Assembly: GCF_009914755.1 (NCBI RefSeq)
Contig: NC_060925.1
Origin: the human T2T-CHM13v2.0 reference genome, Homo sapiens
DNA: 64,000 nt
Strand: one strand, 5' to 3'
In this document: piece by piece, positions 1-23,184 of the stretch
Layout of the letters: every line of letters starts with the position of its first letter
Position numbering within the stretch: position 1 is the stretch's first letter
Translations under genes and position numbers: made by a program
Notes under the pieces: model-generated
Seen by the model: the letters and a program-made list of their open reading frames with translations, nothing else
Database searches by the model: none
Told to the model about the DNA's origin: nothing

Positions 1-1035
1 GAGAATTGGGCTGTCTCTTGGTTCCAATAGTGCTGTGGCAGATAAACAATTACCGAGGGCTTTCTGCAGGCCAGCCAGACAGGGGCCTAGCCTGGGACTA
101 CTACTGTTCCCCCTCTAGGCTGCCCCCACCAGCTAGCTCTCTGCACCACACGGAACCGGAACCCGAACACTGAGCCGCACTCCCATGTCCAGCCACATCT
201 GCTTGCTCTCCATCTCACCTTCTTCTTCATCTCCCTTTCCCTAAAACTTTTCTGAGCCTCTTCTTGTTTTCTCCCCATTTCTTCAATTTCTTCCCTGCCC
301 TCTCCTTCTTTATTTCTCTTTCTTTTCCCCTCCTCTCTTCCCCTCTCCTGTTCTCCTCCAGAGTTCTTCCCTCCCCTCCCCATCCATCCCCCAAGTCCAC
401 ACCCCATCCCTCCTGCCACTATATTTAGCTCCCAGCCGGGGCTTTAGAAAGGCGCCACTGCTGGAGCTGGCGTCTAGTCTTGAAGGGTCTGTCAGCATTT
501 CCATAAGAGGCTCAGCTGGGATGAGTTTATGACTGAGCTATTTTCTTTCCTTGCCTCACCGGCCCTGGGCTGAGCATAAGCAGAAAGGGGACCTCCAGGT
601 ACATTGGAGAGTTCTCCCCTGACATGGGCAAGCTCTTCCAAAGAAAAAGGAACTATGGGTTAAATCTTAGGTGAATCTGGGACCTAGGTAACTAGCAATT
701 TGTGGGGCACAGCGAGTTAGGACTCTGCTATTGGTTAGGAACTCCCAGAGCCTGAGGGCAGAGCCTTCCTAGCCAGAGCGGGAGCAAATGTTTGCCCTCA
801 GGATTCATCATATGACCTAAGCAACTTTGAAAGACTTCTTTCCCCAAAGTATTCACCAGCCTGCTATGGTCTCTGTAATCCCCACTGTTATAGCCATTTC
901 TTTCTGTTAAACCAATGCCTCTAGAAGACCTCCTATAAAAATCATTTCCAATATTTGATGGACACATTACTAAGTGGTTTGAACACACCATTGCTTTTGA
1001 TCCTCACAATTTAGCACTTTGATGAAACTTGCTGA

Positions 1036-1348
<313 letters not shown>

Positions 1349-2055
1349 AACACCCAGCTTAGTAGCAGTCAAGCCTAAGCTTGAATGCAGGTCTTGCACC
1401 TCCGACTGTTGTACTTTCTTCACCACACTGAATGAAACTGCCGCCCTGGGTAGACCAAGAATTTACAGCTACAAGGCCAGAAGCTTCAGCAGCAGGTTCA
1501 GAGACCTGGCTGGAATCCTGGCTCTACTACTTAAGTGTTATGTGGCCTTGGGCAGGTCACTTCACTACAGTGAGTCCCTCAGAGGACCGTTATGAGGACA
1601 TAATGACCTAAATGCTCAACAGATAGGTGTTAATAAAGGGTAAATAGTATCACTTTCATGTTAACAGAGCCAGATCCCTGAAAGTGGGGGATGTGGGACA
1701 ACCAAGTTCCATGGGACAGGATAGCAGGGATCTGGAGAGGTGTGGGCTGTGGCATGCGTGAGATGAGCAGCAGACCTGGCTAGCATGTGCAGGTGCAGGG
1801 GCATGGGGCAGCAAATGCCAACCACCATGTAGTCCCTTGAGTGGGATGATACATAAACACCATTCACATCTATCTGTTCATTTACTCCCAAAGGCTGAGG
1901 ATGGCTGTAAGTGGGAGACAGAGCCAGCATTATTATCCCCATTTTACAGGTATGGAGACCAAGGTCCAGAAGAGGAAAGTAATCTGCCCAAGGTCACAGC
2001 TAATTATTTCATTCATTTGTTCACTCTCTCATTGAAGATATATATATATATATAG

Positions 2056-2355
<300 letters not shown>

Positions 2356-3092
2356 TAGTGAGCATCTACTACATGCAGATGCTGTGTTATACACTGGACA
2401 TACTCAGTGACAGAGCTAGAATCAGAACCCAGGACCGGGACACCTGTCCCATGAATTCTCCAGTATAAGACTGCCATGCAGCCTTAGGGCCAGAGTTACT
2501 GGTTCTACTGGTGACAAGTAGGGACTGACCATAGGTAGAGGACAAAGGTGCACCCTGTATGGATCATCTCTAACCCTTTGGCCTTACCCAACCCCCACCC
2601 CATACTAGCTTGGGAAAGCCACATTGCAATGTTTCCCTGAAAGGCGGGCAAAGAAGTTGCAGAGTAAAGAGACCTCGGGCGAGCATAGTTCTCGATCCCT
2701 TGGGTCCTTAGTCTTTCTAGAGCCCAACCACAAATGCCATATCTACCACCCCATGACAAGATGGCTGTTCCCCTCCAACAGGAGCAGCTGGAGGGTCCCC
2801 CAGGATCCAGAAATCCTGACTATTAGGTTAGAGCAGGGCTTCAGAGACTTCAAGTGAACTGGAGGACAGAGATACTCCATCCCATTCACCTTCCTGGGAC
2901 AAAGGAAGTTACTTCCTGGCTTCTCTCTGAATGCTACACTAATTCTTCCTCCTGGGATAAGAACATCATTTATAGCATCAGATAATGTAGATGGGTTAAA
3001 GGGTGGGAGAAACAGAGGTAGAGTAACTTCAAGAGTTGTAAATAGGACCATGAGGTTGCCCAAGGAGATGTGCAATTTCCCTAAATCTCTCC

Positions 3093-3385
3093 CATCCATC
3101 CATGGCCCATCCACACACCCACTTGAATATCTACCCACCCACCCACCCATCCATCCACCCACCCACCCATCCATCCATCCACCCACCCACCCATCCATCC
3201 ATCCACCCATCCATCCATCCATCCATCCATCCACCCACCCACCCATCCATCCATCCATCCACCCATCCACCCATCCATCCATTCATCCACCCATCCATCC
3301 ATTCATCCACCCAACCATCCATTCATCCATCCACCCAGCCATCCATTCATCCACCCACCCAGCCATCCATTCAACCATCCACTCA
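3093..3385. repeat. (CCAT)n/(CCAC)n compound tetranucleotide repeat
   Basis: Directly visible; explains the PTHPSIH and MDGWVGG ORFs. Confidence 0.97.
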
Positions 3386-3764
3386 ATATAGTTTATTGGG
3401 CATCTATAAGGCAAATGCTAACATTAGTGTTTTCCTCTCTCTCCTGCTTCTTTTTCTTCACAAGATCCAAGGGTAAGAAGGCGGCAAATATCCAAGGGTA
3501 AGAAAGCAGGAAATATTTTTTCTAGAGATTATCTCTTCAACCAATCAGCCTCTACTAAAAACCAAGCTAATTCCCCAGATAAACCAGCTTCCCCCAGCTG
3601 CTGGTACCTGTGATGAACAATCTTTCCTGCCCAGAAGCTTTTATTGTGTTTAACTTGAAGCCCTCCAGCACCATCTATGCTGCATTTGCTGCTCTCACCT
3701 GAACACTTCTTCTCCCCTTTGCTGTTCTATTTTTCATTTGCTCCCTTATTCTCATGGCCTCCAG

Positions 3765-3960
3765 GAAAGAGCTTAGACCTGGAGTCAGAAAACTTCATTT
3801 TGAATTCTAGCTCTTTCAGTCACAGTTGAATGACCATAGCCAGTTTCTCCATCTGCAAAATGAGTATAATAATACCCAGTTGTTGTGAGGATCAAATGAG
3901 ATAATGGATGGGAAGCAGTTTTGTAAACTGTAAATGGCCTTACTCATGTGAAGGTTTATC
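3765..3960 (+). mobile_element. MIR SINE
   Basis: MIR core CAGTTTCTCCATCTGCAAAATG...GTTGTGAGGATCAAATGAGATAAT...TTTGTAAACTGTAAA. Confidence 0.8.
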
Positions 3961-4923
3961 ATTAATTCCCCCTGTTTCTCTGACACCAAAGAGAGACAAG
4001 CTGGGGAAGGCAACAGGACTCTAGGTCAGAGCTGAGAATGATGCATTTGAACCCTAACTCTGCCCTCTGGCTCTCCAGGAGACCGTGGGAAAGCCATGAA
4101 ACCTCTGAGCCTCGGTTTCCTCACCAGGAAAGGAGTCATTAGATCCATGTGCTTCCACCAGCTGGGGAGAGGAGTTGCTTGTAAACAGTGATGGCTCACT
4201 CTCTATTTTAGAGATGCTTCTGAGCTCACCACCACCAATTACCATTTATTGAACACACAAGATGCTATATCCTGGGCTGGGTAACTAGAACTTCCAAAGG
4301 CCTAGGCCTTGACCAGGGATGGCAGACTACCTACCCTAGCCCTGTCGAGGAGCTGAGCAAGGCACCCTCTCACCACACGTGTTTCCCTGCCTTCTCTGCT
4401 CCTGCATAACTCAAGTAGAAGTGACAGGCCTTATCCCTGGTATAGGCCACCAACATATGGCAGGACCCTAAATAATCAGAAAAAGGAGGATTTCCTTGTC
4501 AAGTCTGAGACTACTCAGCTGCCAAGGGCTGCTAATCTCTGCTTCTCATTGTCTCTCACAGCTGCACCTCCTTTCTGCTTCTGCTGTCCTCCTGGAGGAT
4601 TCTCAAGCTGACGTTGTTGTGTAACCTACTAGTGGATCCCCACAGCTTCGGCATTGCTTCTCTCCCATTCCTTCCACCCACTGCTGTCATATTAATCTTC
4701 CCAAAATGCTGCTTTGGCCTCTCAGTTTCCTCTTGGACACCTTCAATGATGCTTTGTTGTCTAGAAGACAAAACAACATTTTGAAATCAAGCTGACCTGG
4801 TGCCAATCCTGGCCCTGCCACTGATGGGCAGGTTACTCCAACCTCTCTGAGCAACCAGTTTCTCAACTGCAAAATGAGGCCAATAGTACTGCTATCATGT
4901 TACTGTGATTAAACCTTAAGATA

Positions 4924-5512
<589 letters not shown>

Positions 5513-5908
5513 TTTATGTAAGGCACGGTGCCTAGCTTGTAGAAATTACTCAGTATACGTTAGCTCTTTCCCTTTTCCTCTCCTCTTTTCTTTGGTATTA
5601 CTTCCCTCCATGGTCTCCACAAGCAAGGGGCACGGTGTGAGCCTAATTGTACATCTACCCTGGGAATTCTGGAACCCTGATGCTGACAACCAATACATCA
5701 CATTTACAAGGGCCAGGAGGGCACTGAGAAAAAGGTAAAGGCCTTTGGGATTGAGCATCAGGCTGCTGAAACATCAGGCTTGAGGCTTCAAGCAAAAAGG
5801 GAAGATGAAGGCTGCCCCCTGTACTGTGAGTGTGGCGAGGCCTGGGAAGGCAGAAAACACACCCTGAGATAAGAACACTGGTTCTTGATCTATAAGAAAG
5901 ACATTGTG

Positions 5909-6389
<481 letters not shown>

Positions 6390-6783
6390 TTAGATAGCAT
6401 TGAGCATATCACTTAAATGGCCTTGGCTCACCCCCTGGGGAAATCATGTTCTTTCAAAGACACTATAAAACAAACAAACAAAAAAAAGCAACAGTAGCTA
6501 CAGAGTTCCTGCTCCAGCAACCAGGAGCCTTGAGGCAGCACAAGGACACCGGGGCGGGAGCGTGGCCCAAGAAGCAGAGACAGCAACAACAACAGGATGA
6601 CTTCATTTACTGAGTTATCAAAAACCACAATGTCTGAAAACCACAATGTCTGCCAAGAAAGAGGATGAGTCACCAAGACCCACAGGAAAGAGGGGCTGGG
6701 GTGGGTTGGGGTGGGCAGCATGGCATGATGAGAAAAGCAAGTATTTTGACAGCACACAGATTCAAATCCTGACACATCTCTGA

Positions 6784-7825
<1,042 letters not shown>

Positions 7826-8079
7826 GGATTGTTTTAAGGATTTAGTGAGTCCTTTATCTGTATAAAGCACTTCAGCAACAAATGGTATTCACTATTTTGA
7901 TATCCAAGTTCTTGATTTTCCCCAAAGTTGTTAAGAGTCACACTGTCATCTTCCACTGACCCCCAACAGAAACCCTTGGCTTCAATTTTGATATTCCTTG
8001 AGGGATGACTCCTCTAAAGCTCAGGCCTCCCTGCCTTGGTTCCAGCCGTTCCCTGGGAGGCCAGGCCTGCCTGGTCTAG

Positions 8080-8465
<386 letters not shown>

Positions 8466-9645
8466 CCATGCCTTGCTTTAGTATGTCACTGGTTCATTCT
8501 TCATGTGTGTAAGTGTTTACATCCAACTATACCACAGCCTTTTTGTAACTGTTCCTGCAGCTGGTACAAAGCCAGTCACATACTTGAAGTTAAAGCTATT
8601 TGTGTTCTGAATAAACAAATGGACTTAGCTTAGTTAGTGCATTAGCCTAATGGGATTGGGGCTTAGGGTCCAGGATATAGATGGCTCCCAGAGTCCAAGC
8701 CACCCATACTGCTCTGTGCCACTGGCCAACCAGGCACGAGATGAGCGAGCGTGAGTGAGCCTCCCATCACCACAGCCAGAATTAAGGCACAAGCCCTGCA
8801 GAGGGACCCCGAGGGCTTTTCTTCCTCTACCTTCCTGCTTTCCATGATACTGATTCAGTTCAAGGTGGCTGGGGCCTTTAGGAAGGAAAATAACCAGGCA
8901 GACCCAAACTGAGACATCAATGCAGACATAGCTACAGAGGCTGGGGCTGGGGCAAACCTCAGGCAAGCTAGGAACAGCGTCCAAGGGAACACAAGTGTCT
9001 CCATGCTAATGTGAAATCAGGTGGTGCTGGGTATCTCATCAGCCTAATAGGGCATAGTGCAGGCAGTCCATGGGGCAGCCAATTGTCTGGGTTCCACAAG
9101 GGGGTGGCGGTCATTGAAGGAACAGTTTGAATCCAGAAGGGCCCCAGCATCCAGCCTCAGGGAGGCATCTGTGAACGCCTCCCCAGATGCACACAGCCAT
9201 GTTAAGAACTGAAAGGCACTGGTCCCCTGTCTGATTGGCAAGGGCTCTCAGAGGAGATAAAGGAGCCTGTCAGGCAGGGCTGCTGCACTCTTCCTGGATT
9301 GGAATATGCTTTCCATCTTTCAGGTGTTTGCTGGATAGGATGCCCTTCTTACGAAGGTTCAGAATCTCCAGATGAAGAAGCAGAGGCCAGAGGGAAAGAA
9401 TGCCATGGAGATAATTCATACGAGTACTGCTTCTGTCAATGGTAATTCAAAAATGACCTGGCCAGGAGCCAAGATAGATGCAGGAACTAGGAAGACAGAG
9501 GAAGGGAACAAGCAGAAGGAGCGGCTGACAGATCGGTCTGCAGTGCACCATAAGAAGACGGCTCTGCCAGTCTAATGCATTCGAGCGATATCTTGTTGGT
9601 AGAGAAATACCCTAATGATGTGACCTCTCTGAAGTGTGACATTTA

Positions 9646-10275
9646 GCTGGGCGTGATAGCCTGTAATCCCAGTGGTTTGGGCTTTGGGAGGCCAAGGCCA
9701 GAAGACCACTTGAGGTGAGGAGTTCAAGACCAGCCTGGGCAACATAGCAAGACCCCATGTCTATAATAAAAAATAAATAAACATAAACTATCTAGGCATG
9801 GTAGTGTGCACCTGTAGTTCTAGCTACTAGAGAGACTGAGGTGAGAGGATTGCTTGAGCCCAGGAGCTCAAGGCTGCAGTGAGCTATGATCATGCCACTG
9901 CACTCCAGCCCTAGTGACTGAGTGAAACCTTATAAAAATAAATTAATTACATTTAATTGAATTTAAAAGTGTGATCTTTATCTTATTTATTTATTTATTT
10001 ATTTTTGAGACAGAGTCTGGCTTTGTCACCCTGGCTGGAGTGTAGTGGTGCAGTCATGGCTCACTGCAGCCTCAATCTCTGATCCTCCTGCTTCAGCCTC
10101 CTAAGTAGCTGGGAATACAGGCATGCGCCACCATGCCCGGCTAATTTTTATTTTTTGTAGAGATGAGGTCTCGCTATGTTTCCCAGGCTGGTCTTAAACT
10201 CCTGGCCTCAAGCAGTCCTCCCTCCTCGGCCTCCCAAAGTGCTGGATCTACAGGCATGAGCCACCATGCCTGGCA
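9646..10275. mobile_element. Tail-to-tail AluJ pair (plus ~9646-9945, minus ~9983-10275)
   Basis: Two J-type bodies; AAAAGTGTGATCTTT flanks the second copy. Confidence 0.9.
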
Positions 10276-10523
10276 AAAGTGTGATCTTTGGATTTAATAT
10301 CAATACTGACTGAATTCCAGACCCCTTTGCTTTTGTGTAAAATCACCCCCTGCTGCTTCTCTTAATGGTGGGGTCCTTGGATAGAAAAAGATAGGAGCAA
10401 GGCCCCCAGGTATCTCAGAGTTTGGAGACAAAAAGGATACTTCAGGCTCAAGAATCAGAAAGTACAGAGTTGGACAAAGTATTAGGGTTCTCTAGAGGGA
10501 CAGAACTAATAGGATAGATACAA

Positions 10524-10849
<326 letters not shown>

Positions 10850-11026
10850 TCACAAGGTCCCACAATAGGCCGTCTGCAAGCTGAGGAGCAAGGAGAGCCA
10901 GTCCGAGTCCCAAAACTGAAGAACTTGGATTCCGATGTTTGAGGGCAGGAAGCATCCAGCACGGGAGAAACACGTAGACTGGGAGGCTAGGCCAGTCTCT
11001 TTTTCACATGTTTCTGCCCGCTTTTT

Positions 11027-11554
11027 TTTTCATTGCCTTTTTTTTTATTATTATTATACTTTAAGTTTTAGGATGCATGTGCACAACATGCAGGTTTGTT
11101 ACATACGTATACATGTGCCATGTTGGTGTGTTGCACCCATTAACTCATCATTTAGCATTAGGTATATCTCCTAATGCTATCCCTCCCCCCTCCCCCCACC
11201 TCACAACAGTCCCTGGTGTGTGATGTTCCCCTTCCTGTGTCCATGTGTTCTCACTGTTCAATTCCCACCTATGAGTGAGAACATGCGGTGTTTGGTTTTT
11301 TGTCCTTGCGATAGTTTGCTAGGAATGATGGTTTCCAACTTCATCCATGTCCCTACAAAGGACATGAACTCATCATTTTTTATGGCTGCGTAGTATTCCA
11401 TGGTGTATATGTGCCACATTTTCTTAATCCAGTCTATCATTGTTGGACATTTGGATTGGTTCCAAGTCTTTGCTATTGTGAATAGTGCCACAATAAACAT
11501 ACATGTGCATGTGTCTTTATAGCAGCATGATTTATAATCCTTTGGGTATATACC
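11027..11554 (-). mobile_element. 5'-truncated young L1PA (L1PA2/3-like): ORF2 C-terminus, 3'UTR and poly-A
   Basis: ORF 11258-11500 MFIVALFTIAKTWNQ...HRMFSLIGGN is the L1 ORF2p C-terminus; TSD CTGCC(C/T)GCTTTTT at 11014-11026 and 11555-11567. Confidence 0.93.
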
Positions 11555-11774
11555 CTGCCTGCTTTTTATATTCTAGCCACGCTGACAGCTGATCAGATGG
11601 TGCACACCCAGATTAAGGGTGGGTCCGCCTCTCCCAGTCCCCTGACCAAATGTTAATCTCCTTTGGCAACACCTTCACAGACGCACCCAGGATCAATACT
11701 TTGTATCCTTCAATCCAATCAAGTTGACACTCAGTATTAACATCACAGACAACTTCGCAGAAGGATGTATAACA

Positions 11775-12071
<297 letters not shown>

Positions 12072-12489
12072 TAGATGTATAATTGTCCTTGAGACCAAGC
12101 CATTGACCAACGGCTACTCCCTCACCAAATCTTAATAACCTGACACCCTTAGGGCTGTTCCTGGGATGAACTACAGGCTAGGCCACCTCACACTGAGGGC
12201 TCCTAAGGCTCCTTGCTTCTGTAGCCCTCCATGGCCTCAGCTGCCCTGCACTACCAGGACAGCAATGTCTGGAGGCCTGCCCTTCCTCCACCATCGACAC
12301 ACTCTAGCATGTTTATCCTGATAAAATCAGGATATACCAAACCCCTGCAACAGTCTTGAAGAGGAAGGGAAGTAAAAGGCCAATATATAACAGGAGATAT
12401 GGGAAGAAAGAGAAATTCACTCCTGTTCAATAGGGCTAGTGGGAAAAGGCAACTTTTTTTTTTTAATTAATATGGACCCTGAGTTTAAT

Positions 12490-13195
<706 letters not shown>

Positions 13196-13789
13196 GCCGC
13201 CAAGACTACACTCGACCACTAAGGATCCCATCTTGAATCATGGCATCCAGGCAACCACTAAAGTATGTGTCAGGAGTCGGCAAAGTATTTATCGATGGGT
13301 AATATGAGGAACTTCTGACAAACCCTTGGGACTCAGTCGTATCCACCTTTGTCTCAGTCTTAAAACAGAGCCTGGCATAAATTCTGTGCATTTGATTTAA
13401 CTACCCACAAGGTAGTTAGAAAAACTGTGTAAAAAATAAAATAAAGAATGTTTAGCAAAAAAAAAAAAAATCTTTCCCAGGTGTCTCAAAGAGGTAGAAA
13501 CTACTTGGAAGGTTCTAGTTTTATAATTCAAAAGATCTGATGACCTGGGATTGAGATTGTTGTGATGAAAGCCGAGATAACTTTGGTGCTGGACAGAGAG
13601 CGTTTTGCTTCTGGTGTGACAGTAGAAAGTGAGAGAAATGTCCCTGGCCATGAAGTGAGATGGAAGGAATGGAAACTTGGGAGAGGGAACAAGAAATGTG
13701 GCTCTGGAAGCTGGTGCACCAGGGAGCCTGTGCTGACAGGACCGGATGCCAGAGTCTGTACACCTCTCAGCTCACCGGGGTTAAGCTCA

Positions 13790-16933
<3,144 letters not shown>

Positions 16934-17509
16934 TAGGACTCCAAAAGTAAAAGGCAATAATGCAGGTAAAGTGGCTTGCTTCTTTGTTTGGCACATAGTA
17001 GGCTCAAGAAGTGTTAGCTGGATGAATGACTGAAAGGTAAGCGCACAACATGAGCATTTGCTGGGGCCAGGCTGGGAAGCCATGGCTTCACCAGCTATAT
17101 GTCTGGAAGGGGTCGTGAAGATGGGGGTCAGGAGCTGCTAAGTCACGGAGAGACTGAAGAGAGCTGAGCACCTCTGATAAAGTAAATTGTACACTAGGTT
17201 TCTGGGAGGGCCTGCCTCCTGTGGTCTCCCCAAAATGAGAAGGTGAGTTTCAGAAATCCAGGCTCCAGTGTCATCTGGAGAAGCAGAAGAGCTGGGATTC
17301 AGTTCCTGGCAAGGAGATAGGTTCCACTGCCACCTCTCCTTTCCCAGCATCCCCTCCCAGCCAGGGCTTCTCTCCCCAGTTCTCCCCAAATCTGTGGATC
17401 CTGAAGCCTGCAGAATTGGCCCGGAATGTAGACGGCAAGAAAGCCTGTCACACCAAGGCAAGGGAAAGAGGCTTGCGCCAGCAGTTAAAGGATTTCTGTT
17501 ATATTTCTA

Positions 17510-17705
17510 CCATGAACTGTGTGATACCAAACAATGTAGTCAGCCTTTCTGAGCCTCAGTTTCCCCAACTGTAAGATGGGAATAATAACTCATGCCCTAT
17601 TCTTCCTTCCATATAGGACTATTGCAAGGATCAAATTAAATATTTTACGTAGTCCCTTAGCTGGAGCTCAGTGGGTTTGTAAACTGCAATGTACTGTGCA
17701 AACAC
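17510..17705 (+). mobile_element. MIR SINE carrying a 26-bp foreign insertion at 17651-17676
   Basis: TCTGAGCCTCAGTTTCCCCAACTGTAAGATGGGAATAATA core; tail GGATCAAAT...TTGTAAACTG. Confidence 0.8.
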
Positions 17706-18856
17706 AGAACTATTAAAGGCTCTGGAACAGGGGGCTTCTGGGGTGGGACAGGTTGTAAACTCTATCTAGCATGGGGTCAGCAAGGATCCTTCCAGTTGGG
17801 CTTCCTTTTTGATTTTCATTTGAAACTTAATGAGCACTTAGGGCATTGCTGATTCTCTAATTAGGATTCAAAATTCAATTTAAAAACCATTGCTTGTTCC
17901 CTTCACTCCACACTCACTTCCTCAGCTCTATTGAGCCCAACCATTAACCAAAAACTATTTTTAAATGGCATTAATTTGTTATACCCTGAAATAAATGAGA
18001 GACAAATATTTTGTTAGAAAACAAATCATGAACCAAACTTGCGTTAAAAAAAAAATAATAACAGCCTAGTTAATGAGTTCAAAGTGAAATTAAAATCAAA
18101 CAACTGCAGCTTCCAAAGCAATTGAACCAGAATGAAATTAGAACAGCAAAATATGCACCCAAGTAAATCAAACAAATTCTGTATCTCATCGAAAGTACTG
18201 AATCAGAAAGATGCTTCTGGCCCTCACCTCCCGTTTCGGGTTTTCTCATGTCAAATTCTGCACTCCTTCATTTAACAGTATGCACAGATGCCTTTGATGT
18301 TCTAGTCACTGGGGATGCAAAGATGGAGAAGAGACAATCCTCTGCCTCCAGGAGCACACAGCCCAACACACAGGTTTTTCCCATGAACACAGGCTGTCTC
18401 TGCCCAGCTTAACCCACCTCTAACACAGTGGCCGCCTAGATGGCAGAGTAACATGGAACGCTTGGCATCCCTAGTAATCCTCATTATTGCCAGAATCAGA
18501 GCATGAAACCAGCAATACACAAAGAACAAAAACCCAACAAACAAAAGTTGAGCCACAAAGATCTCTGTGGTGACACTAACTAGGTGGTCCTCTGAGACCA
18601 GCTCCTCAAGCCCTCAGAGAAAGTGTCCTTTGATTTAATTCTGCATCCCACCCTTGCAGATTCAGACACCCTTTCTAATGATCTCTGTAAAGGCTGTTCC
18701 ATCCAGTCCTCTCACAGGAATTCCAGGAAGTGGGAAAAATGAAATTGTTGCTTGTCAAGTGTAGAAGACCACCCACACTCAGCAAGGGGGTGAGCTGGAA
18801 GCCAGCCCTCCCATGGAGGACCCAGCAAGGTTCTTGCAGTGGAGAAATAGCCCAGC

Positions 18857-18904
18857 CTGCTGCTGCCGCTGCTGCTGCTGCTATTGCTGCTGAAACAGCT
18901 GCTG
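18857..18904. repeat. Imperfect (GCT)n trinucleotide repeat
   Basis: CTGCTGCTGCCGCTGCTGCTGCTGCTATTGCTGCTG. Confidence 0.85.
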
Positions 18905-19049
18905 ATATTTGCTTCTCTCTCATATAAATATAGCAAGAATTATTCATCTTTATCTTTCTTGGACCCTCTTAGCTGAAGTCACCATTGTCTTCCCTGAGCA
19001 GACCCTCCCTGATTCCTGAAGCAACGCTCAATCTGAACTTGAGAATTAG

Positions 19050-21907
<2,858 letters not shown>

Positions 21908-23184
21908 TAGATATTCACAACAGGGAGTCATGCAGTCTGCATTCGGGGGAGGTACAGGAAATGGTGAGGAAGATTTGGAAAACTCAAGGTGGAGTCATCA
22001 AGAGGCAGAGGAACACATTCTGTTAAACACCTAAGTGAGAGACAGTGCTGACTGCATTTTCCTCAAGTGAGAGATGGGGTAGGGACAGGGTCCACAGTGA
22101 TGTAAGCCCTGTAGAGACTGACCTGCTATGGGGAGTTCAGGAGGCTGAGGAGAGCCAGGCTAGATCTAAAGAACAGGAACCTGTAAAGTCAAGAGTACAG
22201 CAGGGAGAAGAGGGAAACAGGACTGCTCAGAGCTGAGCAGAACAGGCAGACTATGAACTTCTGATGCCAGAGGCAGTGTCCTCCTTCTTGCCCCAGGGGG
22301 GCCAACTCCATTTTCCCACATCTAGTGGTTATTTTTATGGATAGATTTATTTTTACCCGTTCTAGACCTCAAACCTGCCGCTGCAAGAAGCGAAGCACTG
22401 AGGCTTCTAGCTTTCCAGAAAACACAGGCCTCAGTGGTCAGCTCAGTGACAGAGATCAGGCTATGGTCCCCTCGGCTCCTCTGGGGTCACATTGACCCAC
22501 CCCCCGACATCCCTCCCTCCTGTCTGCAGCAGAGCTGGGGTGGGAATGGAGTGGGAGGGGGATTCCTTTTTTCTCATCCCACAACCCCACAGCCGGTCAA
22601 GGGGAGGATCTACAGCCACCCTGGAAGTCATAAACCTGGCCTGCCCCTGAATCCTAGCCAGCCAGATGTGGGACAGCCATCAGAGCCTCTTTTGACAGCA
22701 CCTCCCTGGCAGAGCCTGTCTCCCTGGAATCCAGGGAGCTTGAGGGGAAGATCTTACCTTTCCAATAATAACCAGCTATGAAAGGGTATCATTTCCCAGT
22801 CCCCACAAAACAGGCAGCCAAAGCAGACTTCTTCTTTATTGGGACCATACATCTGGCCTAAATTGTCATTCCCCCAAGACAAGTTTACTGAACAGTTAGG
22901 CAATGCCTCCACACACAGCCACTGCAGACGAGCTTAAAATATACTTTAATACATTTAAACAGTCATTTCAGAGACTGGCTTTCTTATGATAAAGATGCAA
23001 CTGACACTCATTGGTGCTAAAATGTCATGTTGTTGCCATCCAGCAGGGAGCCTGACAAGCCATTAAATCTGCAGCTCTGTTAAGCTGATTCATTTCTTTT
23101 CCTTTCTTTCTCATGTCTTCCCCAACAATTGATTTGGGCTCCTGAAGCTGATATTTTGCTAGGGTCTACCAAAATCTAACAAGG

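Noticed and set aside
2743-3476. Repetitive MDGWVGGW / HPSIHPPT ORFs
   Set aside because: Produced by the (CCAT)n repeat lacking stop codons
8900-9640. Unique sequence with short ORFs and an acceptor-like TTTCAG at ~9323
   Set aside because: No recognisable domain, and stops in the frames I translated
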